Part shown: positions 9,097 to 17,995 of the stretch, one piece after another | Layout: each line of letters opens with the position of its first letter | Position numbering within the stretch: the stretch's first letter is position 1 | Source of the DNA: a virus | Taxonomy: Duplodnaviria > Caudoviricetes | Virus record (IMG/VR): IMGVR_UViG_3300046718_000378 | Span: 1 to 60,122 of that record | Strand: one strand, 5' to 3' | Length of the DNA stretch: 60,122 nt | Program-made: the position numbers and the translations under genes | The notes under the pieces: model-generated | Databases searched by the model: none | Seen by the model: the letters and a program-made list of their open reading frames with translations, nothing else | What the model was told of the DNA's origin: nothing

Positions 9097-10641
9097 TCAA
9101 CGCAACATGTTACGCATCGCCTGGGCGGCCTGCTTGTTGCGCCCGGCGCGGTACTTGCCTGACGCCTCCATGAGGTACTGCGTCGCACAGTCGACCTGAT
9201 CGTCGTTTTTGGACGCGGGGAAGGTGATGTGCTCCTCGACGAACCCAGCCACCCAGGGCGCACGCTCCGGCAGCCAGACGTTACCTGCCGCCCACAAAGG
9301 GCTCACGGCCGCCGCGCGCGCCATCTTGCCGCCCCTGGGGTCCACGCCCTTCACACCGGGCAGCATGCGCTTGAGCGTGTCGATGATGGCCGTACCGTTG
9401 GCCTTGTCCTCGATGAGGAGCTGCCGGATGCCGGCGTGCTTGGCGAACATGACCTGGATGGCCGCCACCTGGTCCGTGAAGCCCATGCGCAGCCGCACCT
9501 GGTCCAGCAGCAGGTATCGGGCCATCGACTCCTGCGCCCAGCACTGGATGACCGTGAAGTCCTTGTCCGCGCCTTCCTTGAGCGACGAGTCGATAGACAG
9601 CGACAGCCGCGCGCCCTTGGCGAAGGTGCCGGGGTAGCGGTAGTCGAACCACGCGCGCTGGAAGATCGACCCGTCCTCGGGCGACGGGCGTTGCTGGTAC
9701 TGTGCCGCCCAGTCGCGTGCCGGCGTGATCGACTTGCGGAAGCTGATGACGTGCTGCGGAAAGCGCTTGGGGGCCAGGAGCTCGCCGTCCTTGCTGCGCC
9801 AGTCGGAACCCCACGGGGATTCGTACGCCTCGTGCGCCTCGAACTCCATAGGCAGGCGCAGGTGCTGGGCGCCCTGCTCGATGCAGTGGCCGGACAAGTC
9901 GTCCATGTGTAGCCGCTGGGCGATGACGATACGGCAGAACGTCGCGGCGTCCGCCGAGCGGTTGCTGAAGATCGCATCCCAGCGGTAGTGGGTCTTGGCC
10001 AGGGCTTCGCGGGCCGAGTCGCCCCCGAGCTTTAGGTCATCCGGCTTGATAGGGTCATCCGATAGCAAGAAGTGGGCATGTCGGCCGGTGGGTCGGCCGC
10101 CCATCGGGGTAGAGAAGCGGGACCCCTTGCGCGTGTTGACGTAGTAGCCCATCGAGGCGCGCTCGCCGCCCTCGATGTGAACCTCCACCTGTGACCATTC
10201 GGTGGGGGTAGAGAAGCGCTCTTGGTACCACTCGTTGTTGATCAGGTCGAACGAGCGCTTGGCGTCGCGCAGCGCCAAGTCTTCGCCGTAGGACGTGGTG
10301 ATGAACTTCGCTTCCGGGCACCACGACCAAACCCAGGCCGGGAAGAACACCATAGCCGTCAGCGACTTAGAGAAGCCGGGCGGGATTGCGATAACCAGGT
10401 CGGAGATGCCTCCAGGCGCGTCGGTACCCTTCCACACCCAGTGCGACCACGCTTGCGTCTCCCAGTCGAGCCGGAACGACTGGGTGCCGTAGTAGGCGCA
10501 CGCCTCCAGGTGGCGGCAGATAACCTCGATGTGGGGCTCTAGGACGAACTCGCAGCTCTCCACAAGGTGCCAACTGCGCTTCACGAACTCCAGCAAACCG
10601 TTGCGGCGTATCTGTTCACGGTCGAGCGCAGGACTGGCCAT
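9097..10641 (-). CDS. terL: Terminase large subunit
   Basis: Walker A PPGFSKS, DDPIKP, QRLH, YQQRP, IEDKANG, DDQVD nuclease motif. Confidence 0.93.
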   Translation of the reverse strand: MASPALDREQIRRNGLLEFVKRSWHLVESCEFVLEPHIEVICRHLEACAYYGTQSFRLDWETQAWSHWVWKGTDAPGGISDLVIAIPPGFSKSLTAMVFFPAWVWSWCPEAKFITTSYGEDLALRDAKRSFDLINNEWYQERFSTPTEWSQVEVHIEGGERASMGYYVNTRKGSRFSTPMGGRPTGRHAHFLLSDDPIKPDDLKLGGDSAREALAKTHYRWDAIFSNRSADAATFCRIVIAQRLHMDDLSGHCIEQGAQHLRLPMEFEAHEAYESPWGSDWRSKDGELLAPKRFPQHVISFRKSITPARDWAAQYQQRPSPEDGSIFQRAWFDYRYPGTFAKGARLSLSIDSSLKEGADKDFTVIQCWAQESMARYLLLDQVRLRMGFTDQVAAIQVMFAKHAGIRQLLIEDKANGTAIIDTLKRMLPGVKGVDPRGGKMARAAAVSPLWAAGNVWLPERAPWVAGFVEEHITFPASKNDDQVDCATQYLMEASGKYRAGRNKQAAQAMRNMLR

Positions 10642-11090
10642 CACCCATCGTAACAGTTCCAGGTGCACTGCGCATACACAAACTTCGGCTTGCGGCGGTA
10701 ATACGGCAGGGCGCCGTCCGAAACGGTCTTCGAAGGGTCGAACACCTTGCGGCGGGACTTCCACCCGTTGGACGCCTTGACGTCCTCGAACAGCGCGGCA
10801 CCTAAGCGCAGCGCCGCCCGCAGGTCTTTGCGCCACTGCTCCTTCACCGCTGCCGACCGGGCGGCGTGGCGGGCCTTGGTGACCGCGCGGGCGGCCGTGT
10901 CCAGCGGCGGGCGGGTTGCGTGGGCGGCGCGCATCTTGGCCTTGGCGGCCTCCGTGTGCTTCCGACCGGTCAACGTAGCCGCGATAGCGGCCTTGACCCC
11001 AGCGGGGCGCTTGCGGCCGAGCAGCGCCTTGGCGATCTTGGCCTTGGTGGCTGCCGAGTGCGGGAGCCGCTTGCGGGTACTAGCGGCCAC
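10641..11090 (-). CDS. NUMOD3-repeat DNA-binding protein (no recognisable nuclease domain)
   Basis: HSAATKAKIA..LLGRK...GRKHTEAAKAKMR NUMOD3-type repeats. Confidence 0.7.
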   Translation of the reverse strand: MAASTRKRLPHSAATKAKIAKALLGRKRPAGVKAAIAATLTGRKHTEAAKAKMRAAHATRPPLDTAARAVTKARHAARSAAVKEQWRKDLRAALRLGAALFEDVKASNGWKSRRKVFDPSKTVSDGALPYYRRKPKFVYAQCTWNCYDG

Positions 11091-11544
11091 TGGGCAGCGC
11101 CTTCTTTTCGGCGAGGGCGAGCTTGATGTTCTCGGCGGCTTCGAGCGCGGCCAGCTGCTCCGGGGTAGCGTCGCGCAGGTCCATCAGGGACTGGCCCTTG
11201 TTGACCGTCACGTCCACCTTGGTGCGCTGCTCGCGGTCGTACTCCTCCGGGAAGCGCGCCTTCATCTCGGCGAGGCACGCCTTCGAGTCCAGCTTGACGT
11301 GGTCGCGCCAGCACTCTACTAGGTCACCGTCGAACTCGTCACGGCCTTTGTCACATGCAATGACGAAGGCTACAAGTTCAGCATTGGTACAAGTGTCTTC
11401 GCGACCGTCACGCATCCAGTTTGATAGTGTAGTGCGTGACACTCCTAGGAACGTAGCTACTTGTCTATCGTTCTTGCCTTCGGCGTACAGCTTCTGGGCG
11501 AAGGGCGCCATGTGGGGTTCGAGCTTGGTTATCCAACGTGCCAT
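11080..11544 (-). CDS. terS: Terminase small subunit (HTH)
   Basis: N-terminal HTH (DRQVATFLGVSRTTLSNW), RFPEEY motif; upstream of terL. Confidence 0.75.
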   Translation of the reverse strand: MARWITKLEPHMAPFAQKLYAEGKNDRQVATFLGVSRTTLSNWMRDGREDTCTNAELVAFVIACDKGRDEFDGDLVECWRDHVKLDSKACLAEMKARFPEEYDREQRTKVDVTVNKGQSLMDLRDATPEQLAALEAAENIKLALAEKKALPSGR

Positions 11545-11576
11545 GCACCAAGGATGCCACGGCACCAAGTGGATGG

Positions 11577-12317
11577 CTAGGGCTTCCCGTAGCGGCGCTC
11601 CCACTCCTCCAACGTCTCGCGATCGGGGTCGCCCGGCAGACTGTCGGCGATCGCTTCCAACTTGTCTCTGTCGTAGGTCCCGAACTTGGGCTGCATCCGC
11701 GTCAAACGGATTAGCTCCGCCCGCGCCGCACGGCCGGCTGCGTCGGTAGCGTAGGCCGGGGCGTGGTTGATTCGGTCGTGGAGTCGGTCGGCTTCGCCTG
11801 AAGCGTCGTGGTACCGGTCGGTCATATCCTGCAGCTGCTCGCGCAGCGCGGCGTTGGCGGCCTCCGCCTCGGACAGGCACTTCCGCGCCTCGCTAACGTC
11901 GACATGCAACGCCACCAGCTCCTTGGCGAGGGTGGCCTTGTCCGCCAAGGCCGACCACAGCTGCCGCAGGGCTGTGTCGTTGGCCGTTTCGAGCTCGGCG
12001 ATGCGCCCCTGCATGGCGAAGGACGCAGCGCGGAAAAGCTCGATGTCGGTATGCAGGTCTCGCTGGGCGTTGTGGGCCTCGCCCAGGTCGCGGACCAGCA
12101 GGTCCACCCGCTTGCGCTCGGCTTGGAGCAGGTCGGCGGTGCGCACCAGCTTGGCGTAGGTGGCGGCCAGTTCGGCTTCGAGTGCGGCTACTTGCTCGTC
12201 CGGTTCGGGCGTGAGCGCCTCTAGGGCGGCACACAAGCGCGGCTTGTCCAGTCCGTAGTTCTCCACGACTGCACACACACGGTCCACCTGCTTGTCCGTG
12301 ATCTTGTTCTTCGTCAT
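11577..12317 (-). CDS. Coiled-coil hypothetical protein
   Basis: Long heptad-rich helix; -10 motif 6 nt before ATG. Confidence 0.7.
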   Translation of the reverse strand: MTKNKITDKQVDRVCAVVENYGLDKPRLCAALEALTPEPDEQVAALEAELAATYAKLVRTADLLQAERKRVDLLVRDLGEAHNAQRDLHTDIELFRAASFAMQGRIAELETANDTALRQLWSALADKATLAKELVALHVDVSEARKCLSEAEAANAALREQLQDMTDRYHDASGEADRLHDRINHAPAYATDAAGRAARAELIRLTRMQPKFGTYDRDKLEAIADSLPGDPDRETLEEWERRYGKP

Positions 12318-12449
12318 CCGGCAATCCTCGCACAACTGAACATCGACCATCCACTATAAAATGCGCTCTACGGGCGCGCGTATCGTTACACAACGGTGGA
12401 CCAGGCGATCACTAACCAACCACATGGCAGCATCGGGCCGTGCGTTTAG

Positions 12450-13307
12450 TCACACGAGCCCGCCGCGGATCATGTGCCGGTAGATGTCGTGGGCCACGGA
12501 CCCGTCCGGCATGTAGCCGCCCGACGCCCGGACCCCCGGCAGCATCGCGCAGAACTCCGCCCAGGTTGGCGGGCGTTTACCGGCCAGTTCCTCGTCCGAC
12601 CACTGACACACCGGCTGCTGGGCAAGCGTGTAAGCCCAGTCTTCTGCCGTGATCCGGGCGAACTCCGGGTCCTCCGGGGGCAGCACCCCTACGGAGAACA
12701 ACGGGCGGTTGCTGGCACTGGCCGGCAGGGGAGGGGGTAGGCGGGCCGGCGCTTCGTGCGCAGGAACCAGTCGCGCGCTTGTGCTGCTGTCAAAAACCCC
12801 ACCTGCTGCCGGTACTCGGGCCAGTTCTCGCTGGTGTACCTCAGGACCCACTTGCCGTTCACGTCCTGCCACACCGACAGGTACGAGACTCGGTCCCAGA
12901 ACGGCAGCACCGGCGCCGGGTACACCCCGAACCCCGCCGGCACGCACGGCATCGAGTATGGCGAGCGCGTTCGGCGGTGCGCCCGCCCTTTGTACGCCGA
13001 CCAATAGGCCGCATTCGCTGCTTGCCGGGTCTCGAAGGACCCGATCAGGCGCTTGACCTTGTTCTCGACTATCTCCGCCAGCCACATCCCGGATTGTGGG
13101 TGCCACCTTGTTCCGCGCTTTTTTGGATCGCCCGTCTACTGCCTGACCTTTCGCCCTACGGTACGCGTCCTGTGCCTCGAACTCGTTGCTGAACCACCCC
13201 AGGTGCTTGATCTTCCCGTTCACCCGGATGCGGGCCTTGAACGGCTTCCTCCGCCCGAGCTCCTGGGTGACCCCCTTCGGGGTGTCTTTTTTCGGCTTCG
13301 TTTTCAT
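12450..13307 (-). CDS. AP2-domain DNA-binding protein, frame A (first AP2 at N-terminus; middle appears out of frame)
   Basis: KGVT...FKARIRVNGKIKHLGWFSNEFEAQDAY is an AP2 domain; 12450-12686 may be a separate GTG-started ORF. Confidence 0.65.
   Translation of the reverse strand: MKTKPKKDTPKGVTQELGRRKPFKARIRVNGKIKHLGWFSNEFEAQDAYRRAKGQAVDGRSKKARNKVAPTIRDVAGGDSREQGQAPDRVLRDPASSECGLLVGVQRAGAPPNALAILDAVRAGGVRGVPGAGAAVLGPSLVPVGVAGRERQVGPEVHQRELARVPAAGGVFDSSTSARLVPAHEAPARLPPPLPASASNRPLFSVGVLPPEDPEFARITAEDWAYTLAQQPVCQWSDEELAGKRPPTWAEFCAMLPGVRASGGYMPDGSVAHDIYRHMIRGGLV
12689..13135 (-). CDS. AP2 domains in overlapping frame B (needs frameshift or internal start)
   Basis: KKRGTRWHPQSGMWLAEIVENKVKRLIGSFETRQAANAAY, plus a later AP2-like WVLRY...GFLTAAQA. 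Confidence 0.6.
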   Translation of the reverse strand, partial: TGDPKKRGTRWHPQSGMWLAEIVENKVKRLIGSFETRQAANAAYWSAYKGRAHRRTRSPYSMPCVPAGFGVYPAPVLPFWDRVSYLSVWQDVNGKWVLRYTSENWPEYRQQVGFLTAAQARDWFLRTKRRPAYPLPCRPVPATARCSP

Positions 13308-13329
13308 GGCCAGACCACCGTATCTCGGC

Positions 13330-13456
13330 GGGGACACTTTACGCAAGACCTAAAGTGTCCCGGGGACACTATTGGGGACAAAGTGTCCCCGGGACACTGC
13401 TGGGGACACTATACTGCAAACCCCGCGCGCTTACTGGCTTTTTCGTAAAGTGTCCC
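13330..13456. repeat. GGGACAC/GTGTCCC repeat cluster bounded by 13-bp inverted repeats
   Basis: GGGACACTTTACG 13331-13343 and CGTAAAGTGTCCC 13444-13456; eight GGGACA/TGTCCC units in total. Confidence 0.85.
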
Positions 13457-14134
13457 AGGGTCGCACGCGCGAGGAACTACCTCCCAAACCAGACAAGGAG
13501 ACGGCCTAGAAGAAGAAAAGAAGAGACCGAGATACAACGTGCGCGACCCAAAGCTTGGCCCGAGCTCGGTTCGAAACGCACTGCTTGGCGTTGGGCAGCT
13601 ACCGGTCATTCGAAGTGCTGGGATGAACCGCGCGTAGCGCGCCTACACGAGACGTTTATGCTCCGTGCGCGTAGGGCGTGCGCCCGCACGTGTCATAGAT
13701 GCAGGCCCAGCTGGCACCCAGGCATGGTGACTCCGCCGCGGGGCGCTTAGCGCCCCGCGGCCCTAGGAGCCCGTATACGGCCCGCGACCACCCTTGGAGC
13801 TACCAGCCTAGCTACCCCTACCGGCAACGCCCGCCTAGGGGCCGGGACGGCGCCGCAATCGGCCTTCCGAAGGGCCGCTGCCAGCTAGGCCGGCATGCCA
13901 CCGGAACTTTTCCAAAATATTTTGCAGCCAACTCTGGTGCAGCACCCGGCCGACGTGTCGGTGCGCAGAGGTACCCCAGGGGGGATGTGCGCACACCACT
14001 CCGCGCCACGCACATGTCGCTCAACACGCTTTACAGGTGGTTTCGCCCACAATAATAAGGGTTTACATCGTTGTAAAGCGCACGAATCGCCCTGTGTCCG
14101 GCATACGTTCGTTTGTAGGACAGACTAGGTGCCT

Positions 14135-14149
14135 TGGCATGGACCTTGC
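14135..14149 (+). promoter_or_regulatory. Candidate sigma54 (-24/-12) promoter
   Basis: TGGCATGGACCTTGC matches TGGCAC-N5-TTGC spacing; lies in the long non-coding region. Confidence 0.45.
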
Positions 14150-14262
14150 CTTCCTAGGGTAGCGGGCTAGGCAGCACCCTTGGGCAGCGGTTGTGTTTGC
14201 TGCCCTGACAGGGGGGTGCACACATGCTGCCCTGCATGCAGGGTAGGGCGCCATGCATGCCT

Positions 14263-14360
14263 AGGGCGCACCACTACTGGTAGTGGGTACGTGTGCACCC
14301 CTAGGTACCCGCGGCCTATGCCCCTTATGACCGTACCCACTACGGGTAGTGGTGTGCCCT
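14263..14360. promoter_or_regulatory. Candidate res-like recombinase binding sites
   Basis: 29-bp inverted repeat pair (14263-14291, 14332-14360), each containing CCACTAC-NN-GTAGTGG; directly upstream of serine recombinase. Confidence 0.55.
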
Positions 14361-14437
14361 TGTGCGCCCAGTCGACACCGCCCACATGCCCGCAAGGGCC
14401 TTGTGCGGGGGTGCCCGCCCATGCGACCATAGGGGCT

Positions 14438-15004
14438 ATGGCAAAGCTATGGGGCTACGTTCGGGTGTCCACGGAAGAGCAATCGTCGGCGCTGCAAGTC
14501 GACGCCTTGGTACGCGCCGGGGTCGCGCTTGCGGACATCATTGCGGACGACGGCGTGTCCGGCAGCAAGCCTGCCCGCGATCGGCCGGGCTTCGCACGCT
14601 TGCTCGCTGCAATGGCGCCTGGGGATGAGCTCGCTTGCTACGCGTTGTCTCGGGTAGGGCGTTCGACCTTGGACGTACTAGGGTTGCTACGCGATTTGGA
14701 TGCCCGCGGGATTACGTTCCGGTCTGTGACAGAACCGATTGAAACACGTACCCATGTAGGCAAGCTCGTGACTAGCATCCTTGCTGCCGTTGCCGAAATG
14801 GAGCGTAACGTGCTCATCGAACGCACTCGGGACGGCGTTGCCGCTGCAAAGGCACGTGGGGCTAAGCTAGGGCGTCCCCGCAAGCTAGGCCCCGACGCCG
14901 TTGCGGCCTTGCGTGCGCTGGTTGCTGGCGGGGCTAGCGTGCGGGTCGCGGCTGCCACGCTAGGCGTTTCCAAGTCCGCTGCCTATGCTGCCCTAGCCCC
15001 ATAA
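14438..15004 (+). CDS. Small serine recombinase (resolvase/invertase family)
   Basis: GYVRVST catalytic Ser, DGVSG..RPG, SRVGRS, ERTRDG..AAKARG..LGRP, C-terminal HTH; 188 aa. Confidence 0.93.
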   Translation: MAKLWGYVRVSTEEQSSALQVDALVRAGVALADIIADDGVSGSKPARDRPGFARLLAAMAPGDELACYALSRVGRSTLDVLGLLRDLDARGITFRSVTEPIETRTHVGKLVTSILAAVAEMERNVLIERTRDGVAAAKARGAKLGRPRKLGPDAVAALRALVAGGASVRVAAATLGVSKSAAYAALAP

Positions 15005-15009
15005 CGCCG

Positions 15010-15050
15010 AACGCCCCTGGCGGCCTTATGCGGGCTGCTAGGGGCGTTTG
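15010..15050. terminator. Hairpin between convergent genes
   Basis: AACGCCCCTGGCGGCCT-loop-GGGCTGCTAGGGGCGTTT. Confidence 0.6.
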
Positions 15051-15063
15051 GGTGTCACGCGGT

Positions 15064-15255
15064 TTAGCGTTGTGACTTGCGCGCGTTGGCAACCATAGCG
15101 CCCAGCCGCTTGTAATCGGCTGCCGTTAGCTCGCCGTACAGGCAATCGAGCGCGCTTTCCATCGTATCGTAGTACTCGGGTGTCATTGCGGGCGCGTTCA
15201 TTAGCGCCGACAGTTCCAGATCCGCAAAGATGCGAGCGATTCGTTCGTTTGCCAT
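15064..15255 (-). CDS. Early hypothetical protein
   Basis: 63 aa; GATACT 6 nt before ATG, downstream of ATCTTTCCGCT box. Confidence 0.65.
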   Translation of the reverse strand: MANERIARIFADLELSALMNAPAMTPEYYDTMESALDCLYGELTAADYKRLGAMVANARKSQR

Positions 15256-15279
15256 GTACCCAGTATCGGCGAACTAGCG

Positions 15280-15308
15280 CCAGACCTGTAGCGGAAAGAT
15301 TCATGCCA
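15280..15308 (-). promoter_or_regulatory. Upstream box TGGCAnGnATCTTTCCGCT, copy 1
   Basis: Related copies at 17966-17994 (-) and 19692-19720 (+), each 12-13 nt before a -10 hexamer. Confidence 0.65.
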
Positions 15309-15680
15309 TTTCGGCAAGGCAGTTTTCGCGGGTTACCTAGCCCCGCCGTTATACCTCGGGTACGTCGGGGGCGCGATTCGCGGCGCGTAGTGCGTCTAGC
15401 GTAGTGCCGCGGTTCCAAGGGGACTGCGTGGGACGTTGCGTCGTGCAAGGTTGCCATGTGCGGTTTGCTCCGTTTGCTGCCTAGGCTTGCCTAGGACTTG
15501 TTTGCTGGGCTGTAAAGCCCGTTTGCAAACCAAACATCGCATGCGCGCTTGCGGCTATCAAGTCCTTTGTACTGGCGCAAGTGCCTTTTCTTTTGCACTG
15601 GCTGGGCTACCAAACGGTACCGCGAACGCAACAAAGCCCAGCGGGTTAGGCTGGGCTGCTTTGGTGGCGCGGTCGGCGGG

Positions 15681-15866
15681 CTAGGGCGCGTTGCGGATGC
15701 GATTGGCGCACTGGTTGCGGTAGAGCGGCGCGCCGCGGCACACCTGGGCAATGCGGGCTTCTAGCGCCTGCATACGGGCCTGGCCGCTCGCAGGCGGCGC
15801 GACGTATGGGTCGGACAACGTGCAGCCCGCTAGGGCTGCTAAGACGGCGACTAGGGCCTTACGCAT
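15681..15866 (-). CDS. Small lipoprotein
   Basis: MRKALVAVLAALAGC lipobox. Confidence 0.65.
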   Translation of the reverse strand: MRKALVAVLAALAGCTLSDPYVAPPASGQARMQALEARIAQVCRGAPLYRNQCANRIRNAP

Positions 15867-16050
15867 GGCCGCGCACCCATGCATCTCGGCAAGCGTCGAA
15901 CGAAACGCCTACGAACGTCCTACCGCAACCGCACGCGCACCTAGCAACCACGCGGAAGCCGCTCCTGCCTACGTACACAGTTTCGACGGCAGGCTCCGCT
16001 ACAGCGAACTCAAACACACCATCAACCCATTGCCCGAGTTTGGTAGCCAT
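15859..16050 (-). CDS. Early hypothetical protein
   Basis: SD GGAGGT; overlaps next gene start. Confidence 0.55.
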   Translation of the reverse strand: MATKLGQWVDGVFEFAVAEPAVETVYVGRSGFRVVARCACGCGRTFVGVSFDACRDAWVRGHA

Positions 16051-16168
16051 GGTCACTTACCTCCCGTTACTTGAAACCTGGCGATATACGTACACATGGC
16101 GTATACCGACTTCCACTCGGCACAACCCCGTTCCCACGCTTCCCTTGTGATCTTGTCGTTCGCCACGG

Positions 16169-16411
16169 TCAAACCTCATCCGCAGCTGCTGGTGTGATCC
16201 CGTTGGCCACCATCAAACGGCGTACTTCCCCGTCAATCGTACCGCAATCAAGGTTGCCAGTCTCACCATTGAGCAGGTGTACAAGCGCGCGACCGATTGC
16301 GTACTTCACCCATCCGGCGTACATTGCGAGGATGGCCGCTTGATGGCCGCTTGCTAGGCGTGCTGTGATGGAGGCGATTGCGCGGTGCGTTGATTCGATG
16401 TTGCGGGGCAT
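16169..16411 (-). CDS. Early hypothetical protein
   Basis: 80 aa; SD AGGAG leader. Confidence 0.65.
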   Translation of the reverse strand: MPRNIESTHRAIASITARLASGHQAAILAMYAGWVKYAIGRALVHLLNGETGNLDCGTIDGEVRRLMVANGITPAAADEV

Positions 16412-16444
16412 GGGTAGGCTCCTATGGTGCGGTGATGGTGTAGG

Positions 16445-16741
16445 TCAGAGGGTAACGATGTACGGAACGGTAGCGATGCGGTGACCTTTGAGGAAGCCTC
16501 GGTAGGCGCTAGGTGACGTTTCGATCTTCGTGGCAATGCGAGCCATCAGCTCGGCCGCTACGGCGGGGTCGCCGTCGCAGAACGATGCCACGACGCTATC
16601 GCCGGCATAGCCTTCATCCACGGCATCGATAAAGCCGTCAAGCGCGTGCGTCAGCACGTAGACTCGGCGCGGATCGCCGTTGCCATCGCGGCCGGCGCAC
16701 AGGTGTAGGACGATTAGTTCGGATGCTTTGTACGTGTTCAC
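16445..16741 (-). CDS. Early hypothetical protein
   Basis: 98 aa; leader CAAAGGAGCAACC. Confidence 0.7.
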   Translation of the reverse strand: MNTYKASELIVLHLCAGRDGNGDPRRVYVLTHALDGFIDAVDEGYAGDSVVASFCDGDPAVAAELMARIATKIETSPSAYRGFLKGHRIATVPYIVTL

Positions 16742-16783
16742 TTGGTTGCTCCTTTGATGTTTCGGGTGCGGGCGGTTGTGGGA

Positions 16784-17002
16784 CTAGCGCTTGTGCTGCT
16801 CGGTCGAGCATTCGCTGGGTTCGATTGCGTCGCACCAGCCTCCCTTGCGTGGCGGTGCCACAGCAATCCCGTGCCGGCCCGCTGCTTCCACAGCCTGTGT
16901 ACGGTACTCGAAAAACAGCGGTTCGCCTTCGATGCGCAAGGGCGCGTCTCCAAACACGAACAACCACGCCGAGTTGATATCCGAGAACATGAGTTTCATC
17001 AT
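16784..17002 (-). CDS. Early hypothetical protein
   Basis: 72 aa; leader GCACCAAAAGGAGC. Confidence 0.65.
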   Translation of the reverse strand: MMKLMFSDINSAWLFVFGDAPLRIEGEPLFFEYRTQAVEAAGRHGIAVAPPRKGGWCDAIEPSECSTEQHKR

Positions 17003-17024
17003 ATGTTGCTCCTTTTGGTGCGAT

Positions 17025-17309
17025 TTAGTATGCGTGTTGGGCGGTTGTACGTAAGTGCATGTGTCCGGCTTTGGCAAAAGCTGCCCGTTCGGCCATTCGC
17101 TCGTTCGGCACTACAGCGTAAACGTGCTCAGTTTCCGCGCCTGCATGGTCGTTTACCCTGGCTGAGAGTGAGCCAAAGACGGCAAAGCATGTGTGCACAC
17201 CATCGACCCATCGGGTCTTGGTGTAGGCGCGACGCCAGCCATGTTGCTTGCGCGCCTTTGCGAGGATCTCGCGTACCGTGCGCCCCGTGATCTGACGTGC
17301 ATCGCTCAT
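17025..17309 (-). CDS. Early hypothetical protein
   Basis: 94 aa; leader GCACCAAAGGAGC. Confidence 0.65.
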   Translation of the reverse strand: MSDARQITGRTVREILAKARKQHGWRRAYTKTRWVDGVHTCFAVFGSLSARVNDHAGAETEHVYAVVPNERMAERAAFAKAGHMHLRTTAQHAY

Positions 17310-17401
17310 TTGGTTTTGCTCCTTTGGTGCTGTGTAGTCTGGGAGAGGGCTCCTCAGCGCTGGCCATACCAGCGGACGGCTCGCGCCGTTTCGCCCTAGT
17401 T

Positions 17402-17551
17402 TCAGCCCTGCAGGGCTGACTCGATTGCCATCGCAATCTCTACCCGTGCCAACACGGCGGCCTGTACTCGGCGACCGGCAGCGGTCTTTGCGGGACGCAT
17501 GATCATGAGCATCGCGATTTCAGCGTGCGACTTGCAGATTGACTTAGACAT
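17402..17551 (-). CDS. Early hypothetical protein (49 aa, MSKSICKSHAE...)
   Basis: Own promoter and leader GCACCAAAGGAGCCC. Confidence 0.6.
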   Translation of the reverse strand: MSKSICKSHAEIAMLMIMRPAKTAAGRRVQAAVLARVEIAMAIESALQG

Positions 17552-17584
17552 CGGTGGGCTCCTTTGGTGCCGGGTGACTTAGCT

Positions 17585-17613
17585 ATTACGCGCCCGTTGG
17601 CGCCCGAATGCAA
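17585..17613 (-). promoter_or_regulatory. Sigma70-type early promoter
   Basis: TTGCAT-N17-CGTAAT. Confidence 0.7.
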
Positions 17614-17616
17614 CAA

Positions 17617-17907
17617 CTATTTGACGTGGCAATCCGGCAGCGCGCAAAGGACTTGGTCGCGCTCACGGCCCGTGATATCGATAACCATGCGCAACTCTGA
17701 GTTGATGCGTGGCGCGTTGTCGAAGCCTTGCCATGATGGCCCGTTCACTGTGCGCATTTCGAGCGCCCAGCAATCGCTGCGGATAGGGCACGAGCTAGAG
17801 CGCACACCGGGTGCATGCACTACGTAAGCCGTTACGGGCAACTGCTGGAAACCTTTGCTGTTTACGTATTGAAAGACTGCTGTGGGCGCGTATTTGATTG
17901 TGTGCAT
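17617..17907 (-). CDS. Early hypothetical protein
   Basis: 96 aa; leader GCACCAAAAGGAGCCCGCCACC. Confidence 0.65.
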   Translation of the reverse strand: MHTIKYAPTAVFQYVNSKGFQQLPVTAYVVHAPGVRSSSCPIRSDCWALEMRTVNGPSWQGFDNAPRINSELRMVIDITGRERDQVLCALPDCHVK

Positions 17908-17946
17908 GGTGGCGGGCTCCTTTTGGTGCGTTTCGGTGACTGTCTA

Positions 17947-17994
17947 AGCATACGGCCGTAGCTGGCCAAAGCTTAAGCGGAAAGATGCGTGCCA
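17947..17994 (-). promoter_or_regulatory. Upstream box copy 2 plus -10 TATGCT
   Basis: TGGCACGCATCTTTCCGCT identical to 19692-19710 in opposite orientation. Confidence 0.65.
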
Positions 17995-17995
17995 C

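Noticed and set aside
14211-14301. tRNA (cloverleaf-like fold)
   Set aside because: No T-loop GTTC or D-loop consensus, no CCA; loops too small; no tRNA recognised anywhere by eye
14438-15004. IS607 transposon or large serine integrase
   Set aside because: HTH is C-terminal, only 188 aa, no TnpB, no recombinase/zinc-ribbon domain
15038-15457. 139-aa ORF with GGAG SD
   Set aside because: Runs through a promoter box and overlaps the better-supported ORF 15064-15255; composition unconvincing, left uncalled
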